Part shown: positions 44,307-57,078 of the stretch, piece by piece
Position numbering within the stretch: the stretch's first letter is position 1
Layout of the letters: every line of letters starts with the position of its first letter
From: Eledone cirrhosa
Lineage: Eukaryota
Assembly: GCA_964016885.1 (NCBI GenBank)
Contig: OZ024740.1
Location: 52,080,001-52,144,000 of the forward strand
DNA: 64,000 nt
Reading direction: 5' to 3'
Program-made: the position numbers and the translations under genes
The notes under the pieces: model-generated
The model's database searches: none
The model's input: the letters and a program-made list of their open reading frames with translations, nothing else
What the model was told of the DNA's origin: nothing

Positions 44307-44930
44307 CAATTCTTCCTGCCTAGCTATTCCTGTTTTTCCTGGCACTATACTTATATATATATCAGTGATCTTCCAGCCTTCATTGGTATTTCTTCGCTTT
44401 AAAGATCATATACCTCTGGTTAGTGCGAGCAATAACTAAAGAAAGTTATTGGGACACGTAAAATAGGGTGAAGCGAGCGAGACATGTAAACAAACATAGA
44501 TGGTAATGCAACGGAACGATAGGAAGAGGGGAAAAACAAGTCCGTGATATCTGTGAACTTAAGTTCTGTGATATCATAGACGAGGAGAGATACAGACCAT
44601 CCGACCTGTGTGAGATGTGTGCGAGAAAAGGATTTCACACAGGTCAAACGGGAGGAAGTGAGAGAGGGGGACAGGCAGAGAGTGAGTGAGTGAAAGTTGT
44701 GAGGCAGAGTCCATCGGAGAGGGAGTGACTGTCAGAGGGGGTAAAAAGAAGGTGAGAGATACAGAGAAAGGGGAAGCAGTAAGAAAGAAACAGACAGGTC
44801 GCAGCGGAGGAAAAAAATATAAATATATGAAAAATGGCGTGCTGCGGGGTTGTACATGGGTTACATATGAATAAAATTAGTCCTTTATCAGTGATCTTCC
44901 AGCCTTCATTGGTATTTCTTCGCTTTAAAG

Positions 44931-44973
<43 letters not shown>

Positions 44974-45001
44974 GTGGTTACACAACAGTTAGTTCACCAT
45001 A

Positions 45002-45040
45002 CCGAGAACAATTGTTTCACCTTAGGGATCTTCAGCTCGG
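45002..45040 (-). ncRNA. Type I hammerhead in PLE 3' repeat (mirror copy 47349-47387 has G12>A)
   Basis: CCGAG-CTGAAGA-TCCCTAAGGT-GAAAC-AATT-GTT/CTCGG; palindromic stem III AACAATTGTT. Confidence 0.85.
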
Positions 45041-45213
45041 GATGTGTATGGTTATAGGAACAGGAAGGACAACCGTACGCAGAAACTCGGTCACCTCACA
45101 CAAGCAATACTAGATTGCGTGCGAGAGGTGTAAGGGAGATAACTGCGAAAGTCCGGAAAGCTTTTAGGTTGAAAATAAAATTAAAATAAAATTAAAAATA
45201 AAATTACAAAGAA

Positions 45214-46050
45214 TCAGTCCGGAGCCTTGTAGTTATGCAATAGATGTTTGGTGACGTGTGGACAATGTGTGAAAAATTCACTTCTCGTGTTTATGCAATC
45301 ACTATTACGTAATCTCTTTAGGATAGTTATTCGTTCGTCAATACATAAGCCACACGTCGGATTTCCCCTTGCGTATGGCTTGGACTTAGTGATGGCTTTC
45401 CATTGAATGGAGTAGAATATACTTGAGTCCTTGAGGGACCATACGTGGCTCGCGAGTTTCGTGGATGAACGTCTATCCGGGTATCTGAAGGTAGATTGGT
45501 GGTTCAGGAAACGCTCATTGAATCGGCCCTCCGCCATGCCCACATAGGATTTGACCTCCAGTGATTCGTTTGGTCGGTTGGAAGTGCCCACAGCTTCATA
45601 GATTACAGCTGGTGTGTTGCATTGCTGTTGAAGGGGGCAAGCTTCAGGCTTACGGCAAGAGCATCCTGGGGGGATGTTGCTCCTAGGGCTGCTGGTGATG
45701 TGGGCCTTCATGTTCTTAGCGCAGGTATGTTCAATAGTGCTGCTGGTAACGTGGGCCTTCATGTTCTTAGAGCAGGAGTATCCTAGTTTAACTTTGTGTC
45801 GGTTAAAGATGGAGTGGCATTTATGACTTATGGGGAAGTGTCTATCTAAGAGGGCTAGACATTTTTTTCCTACATTGGTTTTAACGTTGAGTGAGAAGGG
45901 AGGAGAGAACCAGATAGTTTGTCTATTGTTGCGCTTACTTTTCTTAATGGTGTTGTTGCTAATGGGAGAGTAAGTGATAGGTTGTGAGAAGCTGCTGTTA
46001 GCCAACGTCATGTTATAGTAGGGTGCCGCCCTGTCAAAGATAGCCCTATT
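45214..46050 (-). CDS. PLE thumb/linker plus GIY-YIG endonuclease (open frame, 5'-truncated)
   Basis: IWFSPPFS, CSCRKPEACPL (CxCx5C), VIYEA...SYVG, R...H, IQWK, CGLC.DE, NTRSE, CPH. Confidence 0.85.
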   Translation of the reverse strand, partial: NRAIFDRAAPYYNMTLANSSFSQPITYSPISNNTIKKSKRNNRQTIWFSPPFSLNVKTNVGKKCLALLDRHFPISHKCHSIFNRHKVKLGYSCSKNMKAHVTSSTIEHTCAKNMKAHITSSPRSNIPPGCSCRKPEACPLQQQCNTPAVIYEAVGTSNRPNESLEVKSYVGMAEGRFNERFLNHQSTFRYPDRRSSTKLASHVWSLKDSSIFYSIQWKAITKSKPYARGNPTCGLCIDERITILKRLRNSDCINTRSEFFTHCPHVTKHLLHNYKAPD

Positions 46051-47163
46051 CCTGGACTTCCACACGGGAATATACCGTGACGATGAACTGACTTTATCGA
46101 GCCATAAAAGTGGTCACGACCTCGACCGGTTTAAAAAAGACTTTTATTCTACCTTCAATGAGTTAGGCCTTAGGATAACAGTAGCCACCAACCACTCTAA
46201 CGTAGATTTCTTAGACATTAATTTAGACCTTCACACACACACACCCACACACCCACAGAGCCTTCCATAAGCTAAACGAGAAACTTAATTACATTCACAG
46301 GGACTCATGCCACCCTCCCACTGTTTTTAGAAACTTCGTTAAGAATATCAGTACTAGAATCTCAAACCTCTCCTCTAATAAGGCTATCTTTGACAGGGCG
46401 GCACCCTACTATAACACGGCGTTGGCTAACAGCGGCTTCTCAGAACCTATCACTTACTCTCCCACTAGCAACAACACCATTAAGAAAAGTAAGCGCAACA
46501 ATAGACAAACTATCTGGTTCTCTCCTCCCTTCTCACTCAACGTTAAAACCAATGTAGGAAAAAAATTTCTAGCCCTCTTAGATAGACACTTCCCCATAGG
46601 TCATAAATAACGCTCCATCTTTAACCGACACAAAGTTAAACTAGGATACTCCTGCGCTAAGAACATGAAGGCCCACATCACCAGCAGCACTATTGAGCAA
46701 CACCCCACCAGGGTACTCTTGCCGTAAGCCTGAAGCTTGCCCGCTTCAACAGCAATGCAACACACCAGCTGTAATCTATGAAGCTGTGGGCACTTCCAAC
46801 CGACCAAACGAACCACTGGAGGTCAAATCCTATGTGGGCATCGCGGAAGGCCGATTCAAGGAGCGTTTCCTGAACAACCAGTCTACCTTCAGATACCCGG
46901 ATAGACGTTCATCTACGAAACTCGCGAGCCACGTATGGTCCCTCAAGGACTAAAGTATAGGCTACTCCATTCAATGGAAAGCCATCACTAAGTCCAAGCC
47001 ATACGCAAGGGGAAATCCGACGTGTGGCTTATGTATTGACGAACGAATAACTATCCTAAAGAGATTACGCAATAGTGATTGCCTAAACACGAGAAGTGAA
47101 TTTTTCACACATTGTCCACACGTCACCAAACATCTATTGCATAACTACAAGGCTCCGGACTGA
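46051..47163 (+). pseudogene. PLE RT C-terminal half plus GIY-YIG, disrupted
   Basis: GIYRDD at 46067-46084, VDFLDI, YIH..S.HPP, then endonuclease; stops and frameshifts. Confidence 0.88.
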
Positions 47164-47484
47164 TTCTTTGTAATATTATTTTTAATTTTATTCCAATTTT
47201 ATTTTCAACCTAAAAACTTTCCGGACTTTCGCAGTTATCTCCCTTACACCTCTCGCACGCAGTCTAGTATTGCCTGTGTGAAGTGACCGAGTTTCTGCGC
47301 ATGCGCGTTCGTACGGCTGTCCTTCCTGTTCCTATAACCATACAGATCCCGAGCTGAAGATCCCTAAGGTAAAACAATTGTTCTCGGTATGGTGAACTAA
47401 CTGTTGTGTAACCACTTCTACCTAACTCGTCCCTCGGACTGAGCGCTCTACCACTACGGATATCACCTTTCAGTGTCCCACCAC

Positions 47485-47527
<43 letters not shown>

Positions 47528-47718
47528 GGGAAGTTTTTTTACAAAATGAAAAACAACCGGTGTCCTACACTAGTGAAAATACAAGGAAAAAGATGAAATC
47601 GAAAATGCAGCTTGAGTCTTTTTTTTTTTAAATATATATATTTATTTGGTTCCTTTACCGATTTCGCAGTTCTTCTGCTTTTCAAAAGTAGAGTTGAGAT
47701 GGAGGGTCTGCGGTTTTT

Positions 47719-47821
<103 letters not shown>

Positions 47822-47981
47822 AATAATAAATATGAAGACTAAAATCCAAAGACGGTGAAAGCACCGATTCTTGGCTTAAACTTTAATCTGTTATTTTAAT
47901 AAATATATATATATATATGAAAAGAATCAGGACCCCCTGACGGCTGAGATCTGGCCGTTTCGACAGGTAGATCCGAACTGA

Positions 47982-48033
<52 letters not shown>

Positions 48034-48255
48034 AATAATGGAGCTGCGGCGTTGCAAATGGGTTACATATGAAAAAGTTTGTCCTTCATCAGTGGCCTTC
48101 CAACCGTCGTAGGCATTTCGTTGCTTTAAAGGCCATATACCTCAGGTTGGTGCGAGCAACGGCTAAAAAAAGTCGTTGGGACACGTAAATAAAGGGGACG
48201 CTAGGGTAAACAAACAAAATGGTTTAAGCAACAGAAAGTGATATATATATATATA

Positions 48256-49317
48256 GTTTTGCGAGGTTTTTGATATGAAATCGTGTGTCGAAACAAATAT
48301 TGTTATACTTGGGGAGGGTCATATTTGTGTAATATGGCCAGAATTAATAACAGAACACACTCACTGTTTGTTTGGTTTTCGCTTTTCGCTTCTGTGTCTT
48401 TTATATCGGTAAGCTAATTTATTCGGTCCTTAATGTTGCCATTGACTGACCAACGGATAAACTGTAAAACTAGAAACGTAGTCTATAGCATAAGATGTAC
48501 AGAGGGTACTTGCAGAAACATGACAACAACATACATAGGCGAGACAGCTCGTAGCATAGGTGAGAGGATAGACTAACACTGGGGGGAACTAAAAGGACGA
48601 AAAAACGGTTCAGTACTATACGAACATTCCAAACAACAACACGACGGTAACATAGACAACATAGAAATTAGAATAATATCTAAACATAGAAATGACCCAG
48701 CAGATAGACAAATCAGAGAGGCCAGTGAAATAGAACTTAGAAGGCCAAGGCTAAACAGAAAGAATGAATGGAATAACAACAACACCCAAACAAACAACAC
48801 TGGCCTAAGAGAAGTATAAATAAATAAATAGATAAATAAATAAATACATACACAAGCACAATAACAACAAATACATATAAACACACACTAGTAAAGATAG
48901 AATACATTAACTAATACACAGTCACCCAATCACGAACACACATAAAACAAAACACTATATACACACGCAAACGCATGCGCAAAGAAGACAAAATAAAATA
49001 AACTAATAAATAAATATATAAACAGACTAAATAAAGATGGCGTAGAAAATAAAATGCAACGGGAGGAAACAATAGCACTACTGACGATGTTGCAGATGTG
49101 CAACGAAAGAACTTTGATAAACTATATATATGTGTTTGTGTCTATATTGTATCTGTATTATTTTTGACCGTTGGTCAGTCAATGGCAACATTGAGAACCG
49201 AATAAATTAGATTACCGATATAAAAGACACAGAAGCGAAAAGCGAAAGCGAACAGTGAGTGTGTTCTGTTATTAATTCTGGCAATATTACACAAATATGA
49301 CCCTACCCAAGTATAAC
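48256..49317 (+). mobile_element. Canonical CCHH-type PLE 3' end (family E) with an inverted arm 48256-48456
   Basis: 48457-48780 translates NCKTRNVVYSIRCTEGTC...YIGETARSIGERID*H...LYEHSKQQH...RQIREASEI...LNRKNEW; HHR-like core at 49081. Confidence 0.88.
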
Positions 49318-49340
49318 TATATATATATATATATATACAA

Positions 49341-50013
<673 letters not shown>

Positions 50014-51003
50014 GAATATAAAATGAAAGTGCTTTTATAAAGGAATTTATTAGGTATTGACATATGTTTCTGTAACAGACGGAATACCTATGTATCGCTG
50101 CTTGCGTAATCATATAATGTTAGCAAGTATTCGATAGCAAATGTATAATCAGTTGTCACTTCTTCAGAGATATTGGATAAATTGGAAAAAAATCAGAAAA
50201 ATCAAAGTATTTATATTAGTTGTAAGAAAGGAAGAAGAGAAGGGATAGTATATGACAGATGGCAATTCAATTTGCTGGTAAACAAGTATATAGAAGGTTT
50301 TTAATGAGAATACAATGAGTATATGGCTTATTTTATCTAAATAAGAATTTTTAGGAGTGCCTATTTTAATCGATATTTGACCAATTGAACAATGGACAGG
50401 GCTGGTCGTTTGGTGTAGTATTATTAATACAGATATAAAGTGTCAAGTAAGGAAGAGAGAGATTTTCACTGCTACTGTATAACAACAATGCTGGTAGCCT
50501 GCTGGTATATGCATTAGGGAATTGAATTAAGACATCTCATTTTATCTATAACAGTTTATATTAAATGGTAAAGAATAGAAGAGTTGATAGAATTAAGACT
50601 ACTAGAGAATGTTAATATGTATTTTGACAATCAAACGGAGATGGAGACAGGCGTTCAATCCTGGTAGCGTTTGTAATATGAAAATGTAGATTTCAAGCGA
50701 TGGTTACAGTATAACGATCGCTCTATTCTGTTATTTAATAAAATATTTTTGGATTTCATAATACAAAATATTTCCATATTACACAATTTACAAAATTCCT
50801 GTCCTTTCAAAAATTATTTTTGAAAAGCATTAGAAATGCGCAACCGGTAGAAAGTTAAAACCAAAACTGAATACTAACCAATACTTATTGATAATTTTTA
50901 CATATTCCTAATTAAACTATTTTTCACTGGGAACAATTTGTCAGCATTTTCTTTTCCTTTTACCAATATATCATAACTCGTGTGTTACACCTCTATTCTT
51001 TTA

Positions 51004-51034
<31 letters not shown>

Positions 51035-51997
51035 GGAAAAAAATGAAACCTTGATGATTGAACGTCAGTCGGGATGTTTGTTTACAAACAAACCGAGCAT
51101 TATAATAAATGTTCGGTAAATCCATACGTACATATATATATGTGGAAAGTATATACTTTCAGGAAAGTATAAGGAAAGTATACACTTTCAGACGTTCAAT
51201 CATCTGGCAGGAAGGTATACGGTGCTGACGATAGTTAATAAGCTTGAAACTAGTTCATCGTTCCTTTGTCAGTGTTGAACAAAAGGGCAACGATGGTTGC
51301 TAAACACTGTACGGCTTAATTCGGGATGATTATTTACAAATAAACCGAGCATTATAATAAATATTCGGTAAATCCATACGTACATATATATATGTGTGCA
51401 TGTATGTATATATGTACATACTACTGTACGTCTGTATACATATATGTATGTACGTATAGATACTTATATTTAAGTAACAGCCGTACTAAGAGTGAGAAAT
51501 GAAATTTAGTTTCATTTTTTCCATTTATCGGTTTCGGTGCGCCCGGCCGATTAATTCACACGATATGCAAATTAGGCTACTCAGCCGTTAATATGCATAA
51601 GGAAAGTATATACTTTCAGACATTCAATCATCTGGCAGGAAGGTATACGGTGCTGACAATAGCTAATAAGCTTGAAACTAGTATATCGTTTCTTTGTCAG
51701 TGTTGAACAAAAGGGCAACGATGGTTGCTAAACACTGTACGGCTTAATTCGGGATGTTTGTTTACAAACAAACCGAGCATTATAAAAAAAAATGTTCGGT
51801 AAACCAATACGTACATATATATATGTGTGCATGTATGTATATATATATACATACTACTGTACGTCTGTATACATATATGTATGTACGTATATATACATAT
51901 ATTTAAGTAACAGTTGTACTAAGAGTGAGAAATGAAATTTCGTTTCATTTTTTCCATTTAAGGTTTTCGGTGCGCACGGCAGATTAACTCAGACGAT

Positions 51998-52005
51998 ATG
52001 CAAAT
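51998..52005 (+). promoter_or_regulatory. Octamer motif ATGCAAAT in each complete array unit (51565, 51998, 52428, 52856, 53283; also 61533)
   Basis: Exact consensus match, about 88 nt upstream of the HHR core; function inferred only. Confidence 0.5.
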
Positions 52006-52080
52006 TAGGCTACTCAGCCGTTAATATGCATAACGAGAATATATACTTTCAGACGTTCAATCATCTGGCAGGAAGGTATA

Positions 52081-52121
52081 CGGTGCTGACGATAGCTAAT
52101 AAGCTTGAAACTAGTACATCG
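52081..52121 (+). ncRNA. Minimal type I hammerhead. Array copies: 51220-51260, 51648-51688 (G8>A), 52081-52121, 52511-52551, 52939-52979, 53366-53406
   Basis: CGGTG-CTGACGA-TAGC-TAATAA-GCTT-GAAAC-TA-GTW/CATCG. Confidence 0.9.
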
Positions 52122-53610
52122 TTCTTTTGTCAGTGTTGAACAAAAGGGCAACGATGGTTGCTAAACACTGAACGTCTAAATTCGGGTTGTTTGTTTACAA
52201 ACAAACCGAGCATTATAATAAATGTTCGGTAAATCCATACGTACATATATATATGTGTGCATGTATGTATATAAATATACATACTACTATACGTCTGTAT
52301 ACATATATGTATGTACGTGTACATACTTATATTTAAGTAACAGCTGTACTAAGAGTGAGATATAAAATTTCGTTTCATTTTTTCCATTTATTGTTTTCGG
52401 TGCGTCCGGCAGATTAACTCCCACGATATGCAAATTAGGCTACTCAGCCGTTAATATGCATAAGGAAAGTATATACTTTCAGACGTTCAATTATCTGGCA
52501 GGAAGGTATACGGTGCTGACGATGGCTAATAAGCTTGAAACTAGTTCATCGTTCCTTTGTCAGTGTTGAACAAAAGGGCAACCGTGGTTGCTAAACACTG
52601 TACGGCTTAATTCGGGATGTTTGTTTACAAACAAACCGAACATTATAATAAATGTTCTGTAAATCCATACGTACATATATATATGTGTGCATGTATGTAT
52701 ATATATACATACTACTGTACGTCTAAATACATATATGTATGTACGTATACATACTTATATTTAAGTAACAGCCGTACTAAGAGTGAGCAATGAAATTTCG
52801 TTTCATTTTTTCCATTTATCGTTTCCGCTGCGCCCGGCCGATTAACTCACTCGATATGCAAATTAGTCTACTCAGACGTTAATATGAATAAGGAAAGTAT
52901 ATACTTTCAGACGTTCAATCATCTGGCAGGAAGGTATACGGTGCTGACGATAACTAATAAGCTTGAAACTAGTACATCGTTCTTTGTCAGTGTTGAACAA
53001 AAGGGCAACGATGGTTGCTAAACACTGTACGGCTTAATTCGGGATGTTTGTTTACAAACAAACCGAGCATTATAATAAATGTACGGTAAATCCATACGTA
53101 CATATATATATGTGTGCATGTATGTATATATATACATACTACTGTACGTCTAAATACATATATGTATGTACGTATACATACTTATATTTAAGTAACAGCC
53201 GTACTAAGAGTGAGAAATAAAATTTCGTTTCATTTTTTCCATTTATCGTTTTCGGTGCGCCCAGCAGATTAACTCACTCGATATGCAAATTAGGCTACTC
53301 AGCCGTTAATATGCATAAGGAAAGTATACACTTTCAGACGTTCAATCATCTGGCAGGAAGGTATACGGTGCTGACGATAGCTAATAAGCTTGAAACTAGT
53401 ACATCGTTCCTTTGTCAATATTGAGCAAATGGGCAAACTTGGTTGCTAAACACTGTACGGCTTAATTCGGGATGTTTGTTTACAAACAAACCGAGCATTA
53501 TAATAAATGTTCGGTAAATCCATATGTACATCTATATATGTGTGCATGTATGTATATATATATACATACTACTGTACGTCTGTATACATATATGTATGTA
53601 CGTATACATA

Positions 53611-53696
<86 letters not shown>

Positions 53697-53888
53697 ATTA
53701 AAAAGTAAATTTTGCTCTACATGGCTGAATACAATAAATGTAATCTGAGTTTTTCGAATATTAATAATAACATTAGATTCGTTTGCAATTATGCAAACAA
53801 GCCTCAATTTTATAGCCATGTCAGTAGAATGAACACGTCAAACGCATCGATATACACATAAATATACACACACACTCACACGCATACA

Positions 53889-53985
<97 letters not shown>

Positions 53986-54283
53986 ATCTGTATATATATA
54001 CATATGTGTATGTGTGTGTGCGTGTGATTGTGTGTATTAAGTATTTGTGTGCACTTTCTACAAAGATGTCTTGGAACAACTTCGAAAATGGGTCCAGTGA
54101 GTCCGAAATGACATTGCAGAAGCTTGGGTACTGCAACACGATAACTCGTCTGCTTACACACCAGTATATTTCCACTTTTCCACATTCTCCCTACAGCCCA
54201 GATCTAGCTCCATGTGATTTCTATCCCTTCTCTAATTTGAAATCGAAGTCCAAGGGTCAACATTTTGGATCTGTGAAAAAACA

Positions 54284-54679
54284 TACGAGCGTAATCCCAA
54301 AAGTAAAGTCTCCAAAGCGATGGGGCGCAGAGAAACTGTTCGTACGGCTGTTGACAACACTGTTGTGATTGGTGCTTCCTTCACTCCCAAACAAGCATGC
54401 GCGCGCTTCGATGGGATGCTAAATCTTCGCTTGGCAGCCGTTGAGAATGGAGCTCCCGTTGAACGCTACCGCCAAGTGCGAATTTTGCGCAGTTATTATA
54501 TAGAGGGCAATCCCAAAAGTAAGGTCTCCTTTCGAGGAAAACATGCGTAAAGATCGGCGGATCACTCTGGATGCTCTCTGCATTTTGGTTCCTGAGAGTT
54601 CCCGAAGCACCATCCACAGGATTTGAACGGAAAAGTTGCAATATCGGAAGGAGACCTTACTTTTGGGATTGGCCTCGTA
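54284..54679. mobile_element. Mariner-type MITE with TA TSD and a duplicated left TIR
   Basis: TACGAGCGTAATCCCAAAAGTAAAGTCTCC at 54284, a second copy at 54501, inverse GGAGACCTTACTTTTGGGATTGGCCTCGTA ending at 54679. Confidence 0.85.
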
Positions 54680-54765
54680 CAACAAATTGTAACACTCGCA
54701 AAAAATGACTTCTGGAAATGCTACAATCAATGTAAAAACGTTGGAACCACTGTGTGACTTCCCAA

Positions 54766-55169
<404 letters not shown>

Positions 55170-56000
55170 GGGTTGTATTTTGAAGGAATAACTTCATGTA
55201 CGTCTAATATACATTTAAATAAAAAATCAGTACTCTTACTTTTGGGACAAACCTCGTATGCATGTATGTATATATCTATGTGTGTGTCTGTATTTGTTTG
55301 TGTGTGTATGTAAGTATTGCTATAAAAAAACCCGCCAAATATGAAATGTATTGGCAGGAAGATAGATGTTTGATGATGCCATTAAATGAACCCGCTGCTA
55401 AAATGCTTTCTATGAAGTGTACCAAGAAACTGAAGTCCTCCAAAGCTAAACTATTCCAATAGCCAACTTCACTATGTATGCACTCACAGGCACTTTTATT
55501 ACAATACTTGCAATGTCTAAAAGTAATTGCCCAGATTCTTTTGGCCTTAATACATTTGGCATCTTATTATAAGTGGATGTGGGATCCTGTGTAATAGAAA
55601 TTGTTGCAGCTGTTTTTGTTATCATAGTACATACTATGTTGTTGTTGTTGTTAATTTCGTTGCTAATATTCTTACAGATATCTTTACAGATAGTTCGAGA
55701 TTTTTAATGATGTCAGCGTTGTTATTGTTCATTCGCACTCAGAATATTAATGATTTTTTTTACAATTATCGACCCATCAAACTGAATTTTCTGAATTTTC
55801 TGACATTGTTAATAACATTTTTTATAATTTGTAAGAATATATATATATGTTTATTCTGGGTTCAATCGGGGGTAACCCCAATGAAACAGTCTAGTCCTGT
55901 AGAAGCCATTTCTATATTATATATATATATATTATATATATATTATATATATATACATATTTATGCATTGAAAATATGTTAGCTTAAATTTAACACCTTC

Positions 56001-56043
<43 letters not shown>

Positions 56044-56132
56044 TATCACGGGTTCAATCGGGGGTAACTCGAATGAAATAGTTCTAGACCTGTAGAAGCC
56101 ATTTCTATATTCTATATATATATATATATATA

Positions 56133-56833
56133 TTGTTTAGCTCTGTTTTTTTTAACTAATGGAGCGCTTGCCAGCATAACTCTGATTTTGAGGTTCGTTT
56201 CGCTTTTTCTACCCGCCGAAATGCGATTCTCGCTGAATTTATATTAGTATTAATCTCCCGAGTCTTACAATTAACCTGTTAATAATTCTATTGACAGATT
56301 AATTGTTTAAGTTTATTTCGAAAACTACCCGATTGAGTGCTTATTCGATTTGTGCTATTTATGCAATTTTTTGCATGATATACATATACTAAATTCATTT
56401 GCCAAAATCTGGGGTTTTCCCCTTGTGAATTACACATGTGCTTTTACAAAGCTCTACGTCATTCACAAAGTTGGTACAGAGCAAAATACCTGTTGATAAC
56501 GTGATATTTCTTGTTCGACCATTATACCAAAAGCTTATAGTCTTAAGCAGACAGTATTATTGATTTAGGTGTCATAGAAACCCTGCATTTGGATTTTACC
56601 ATCAATTCCAATGGGTCCATGTCTGTTTTTATCATTTATTTTGTTTGACCTGTTTAGCTTGATTTGTTTTTTGGCTTAGGTGGTTAATGCCTTCTTGACC
56701 ACTTTTTCAGTTTGTATGGCGTTTTAACATATTGTTTAACTCTGGTATTTTAACTATGGAGCGCTTGCCAGCATAACTCCGATTTTGCGGTTCGTTTCGC
56801 TTTTTCTACCCGCCGAAATGCGATTCTCGCTGA

Positions 56834-56838
<5 letters not shown>
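56133..56838 (+). mobile_element. Family C element with ~105-bp terminal direct repeats (pseudo-LTR or 1.2 tandem units)
   Basis: ATGGAGCGCTTGCCAGCATAACTC...GATTCTCGCTGAATTTATA at 56159 and 56757; (TA)n flanks. Confidence 0.82.
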
Positions 56839-56884
<46 letters not shown>

Positions 56885-57078
56885 TGTATATATAGTGTAT
56901 TTTGTAATACGCTGTATGCTTAATTAAAAGCATTTCGAAGACCTTACACTATTGTTTTAGAGTAGTGACAGTCTCATTTACTTTAAATTTTCAGCAAACA
57001 GGGGAGATAAAGCTGACAGAGCTCTGTTTTGTACTGATTGGTACTTATCACTACTCTAAAACAATAATAATAATAATA

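Larger units (their letters stand above)
44971..47488. mobile_element. Penelope-like retrotransposon (probably Hydra clade), inverted arrangement in (TA)n
   Basis: Minus arm 44971-46050 mirrors about 46377-47418 of the plus arm 46051-47488; the plus arm has ~68 nt more tail; (TA)n on both sides. Confidence 0.95.
51031..53613 (+). mobile_element. Tandem array of ~428-bp hammerhead-containing units (non-LTR retrozyme-like), about 6 units, in (TA)n
   Basis: Unit marker GGG.TG.TT.TTTACAAA at 51071, 51323, 51751, 52184, 52614, 53041, 53469; one HHR per unit; short inverted pieces at the 5' junction. Confidence 0.93.

Noticed and set aside
45214-47163. Selenocysteine recoding as in Naiad PLEs
   Set aside because: The endonuclease is C-terminal, cysteines are ordinary codons and the stops seen are TAA; no SECIS evident.
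50150-50720. Possible ancient LINE ORF remnant
   Set aside because: Purine-rich and suggestive, but no motif I can name with confidence.
51031-53613. CRISPR array or host snRNA gene cluster
   Set aside because: Units are full-length near-identical repeats without unique spacers; no Sm site or recognisable U-RNA sequence.
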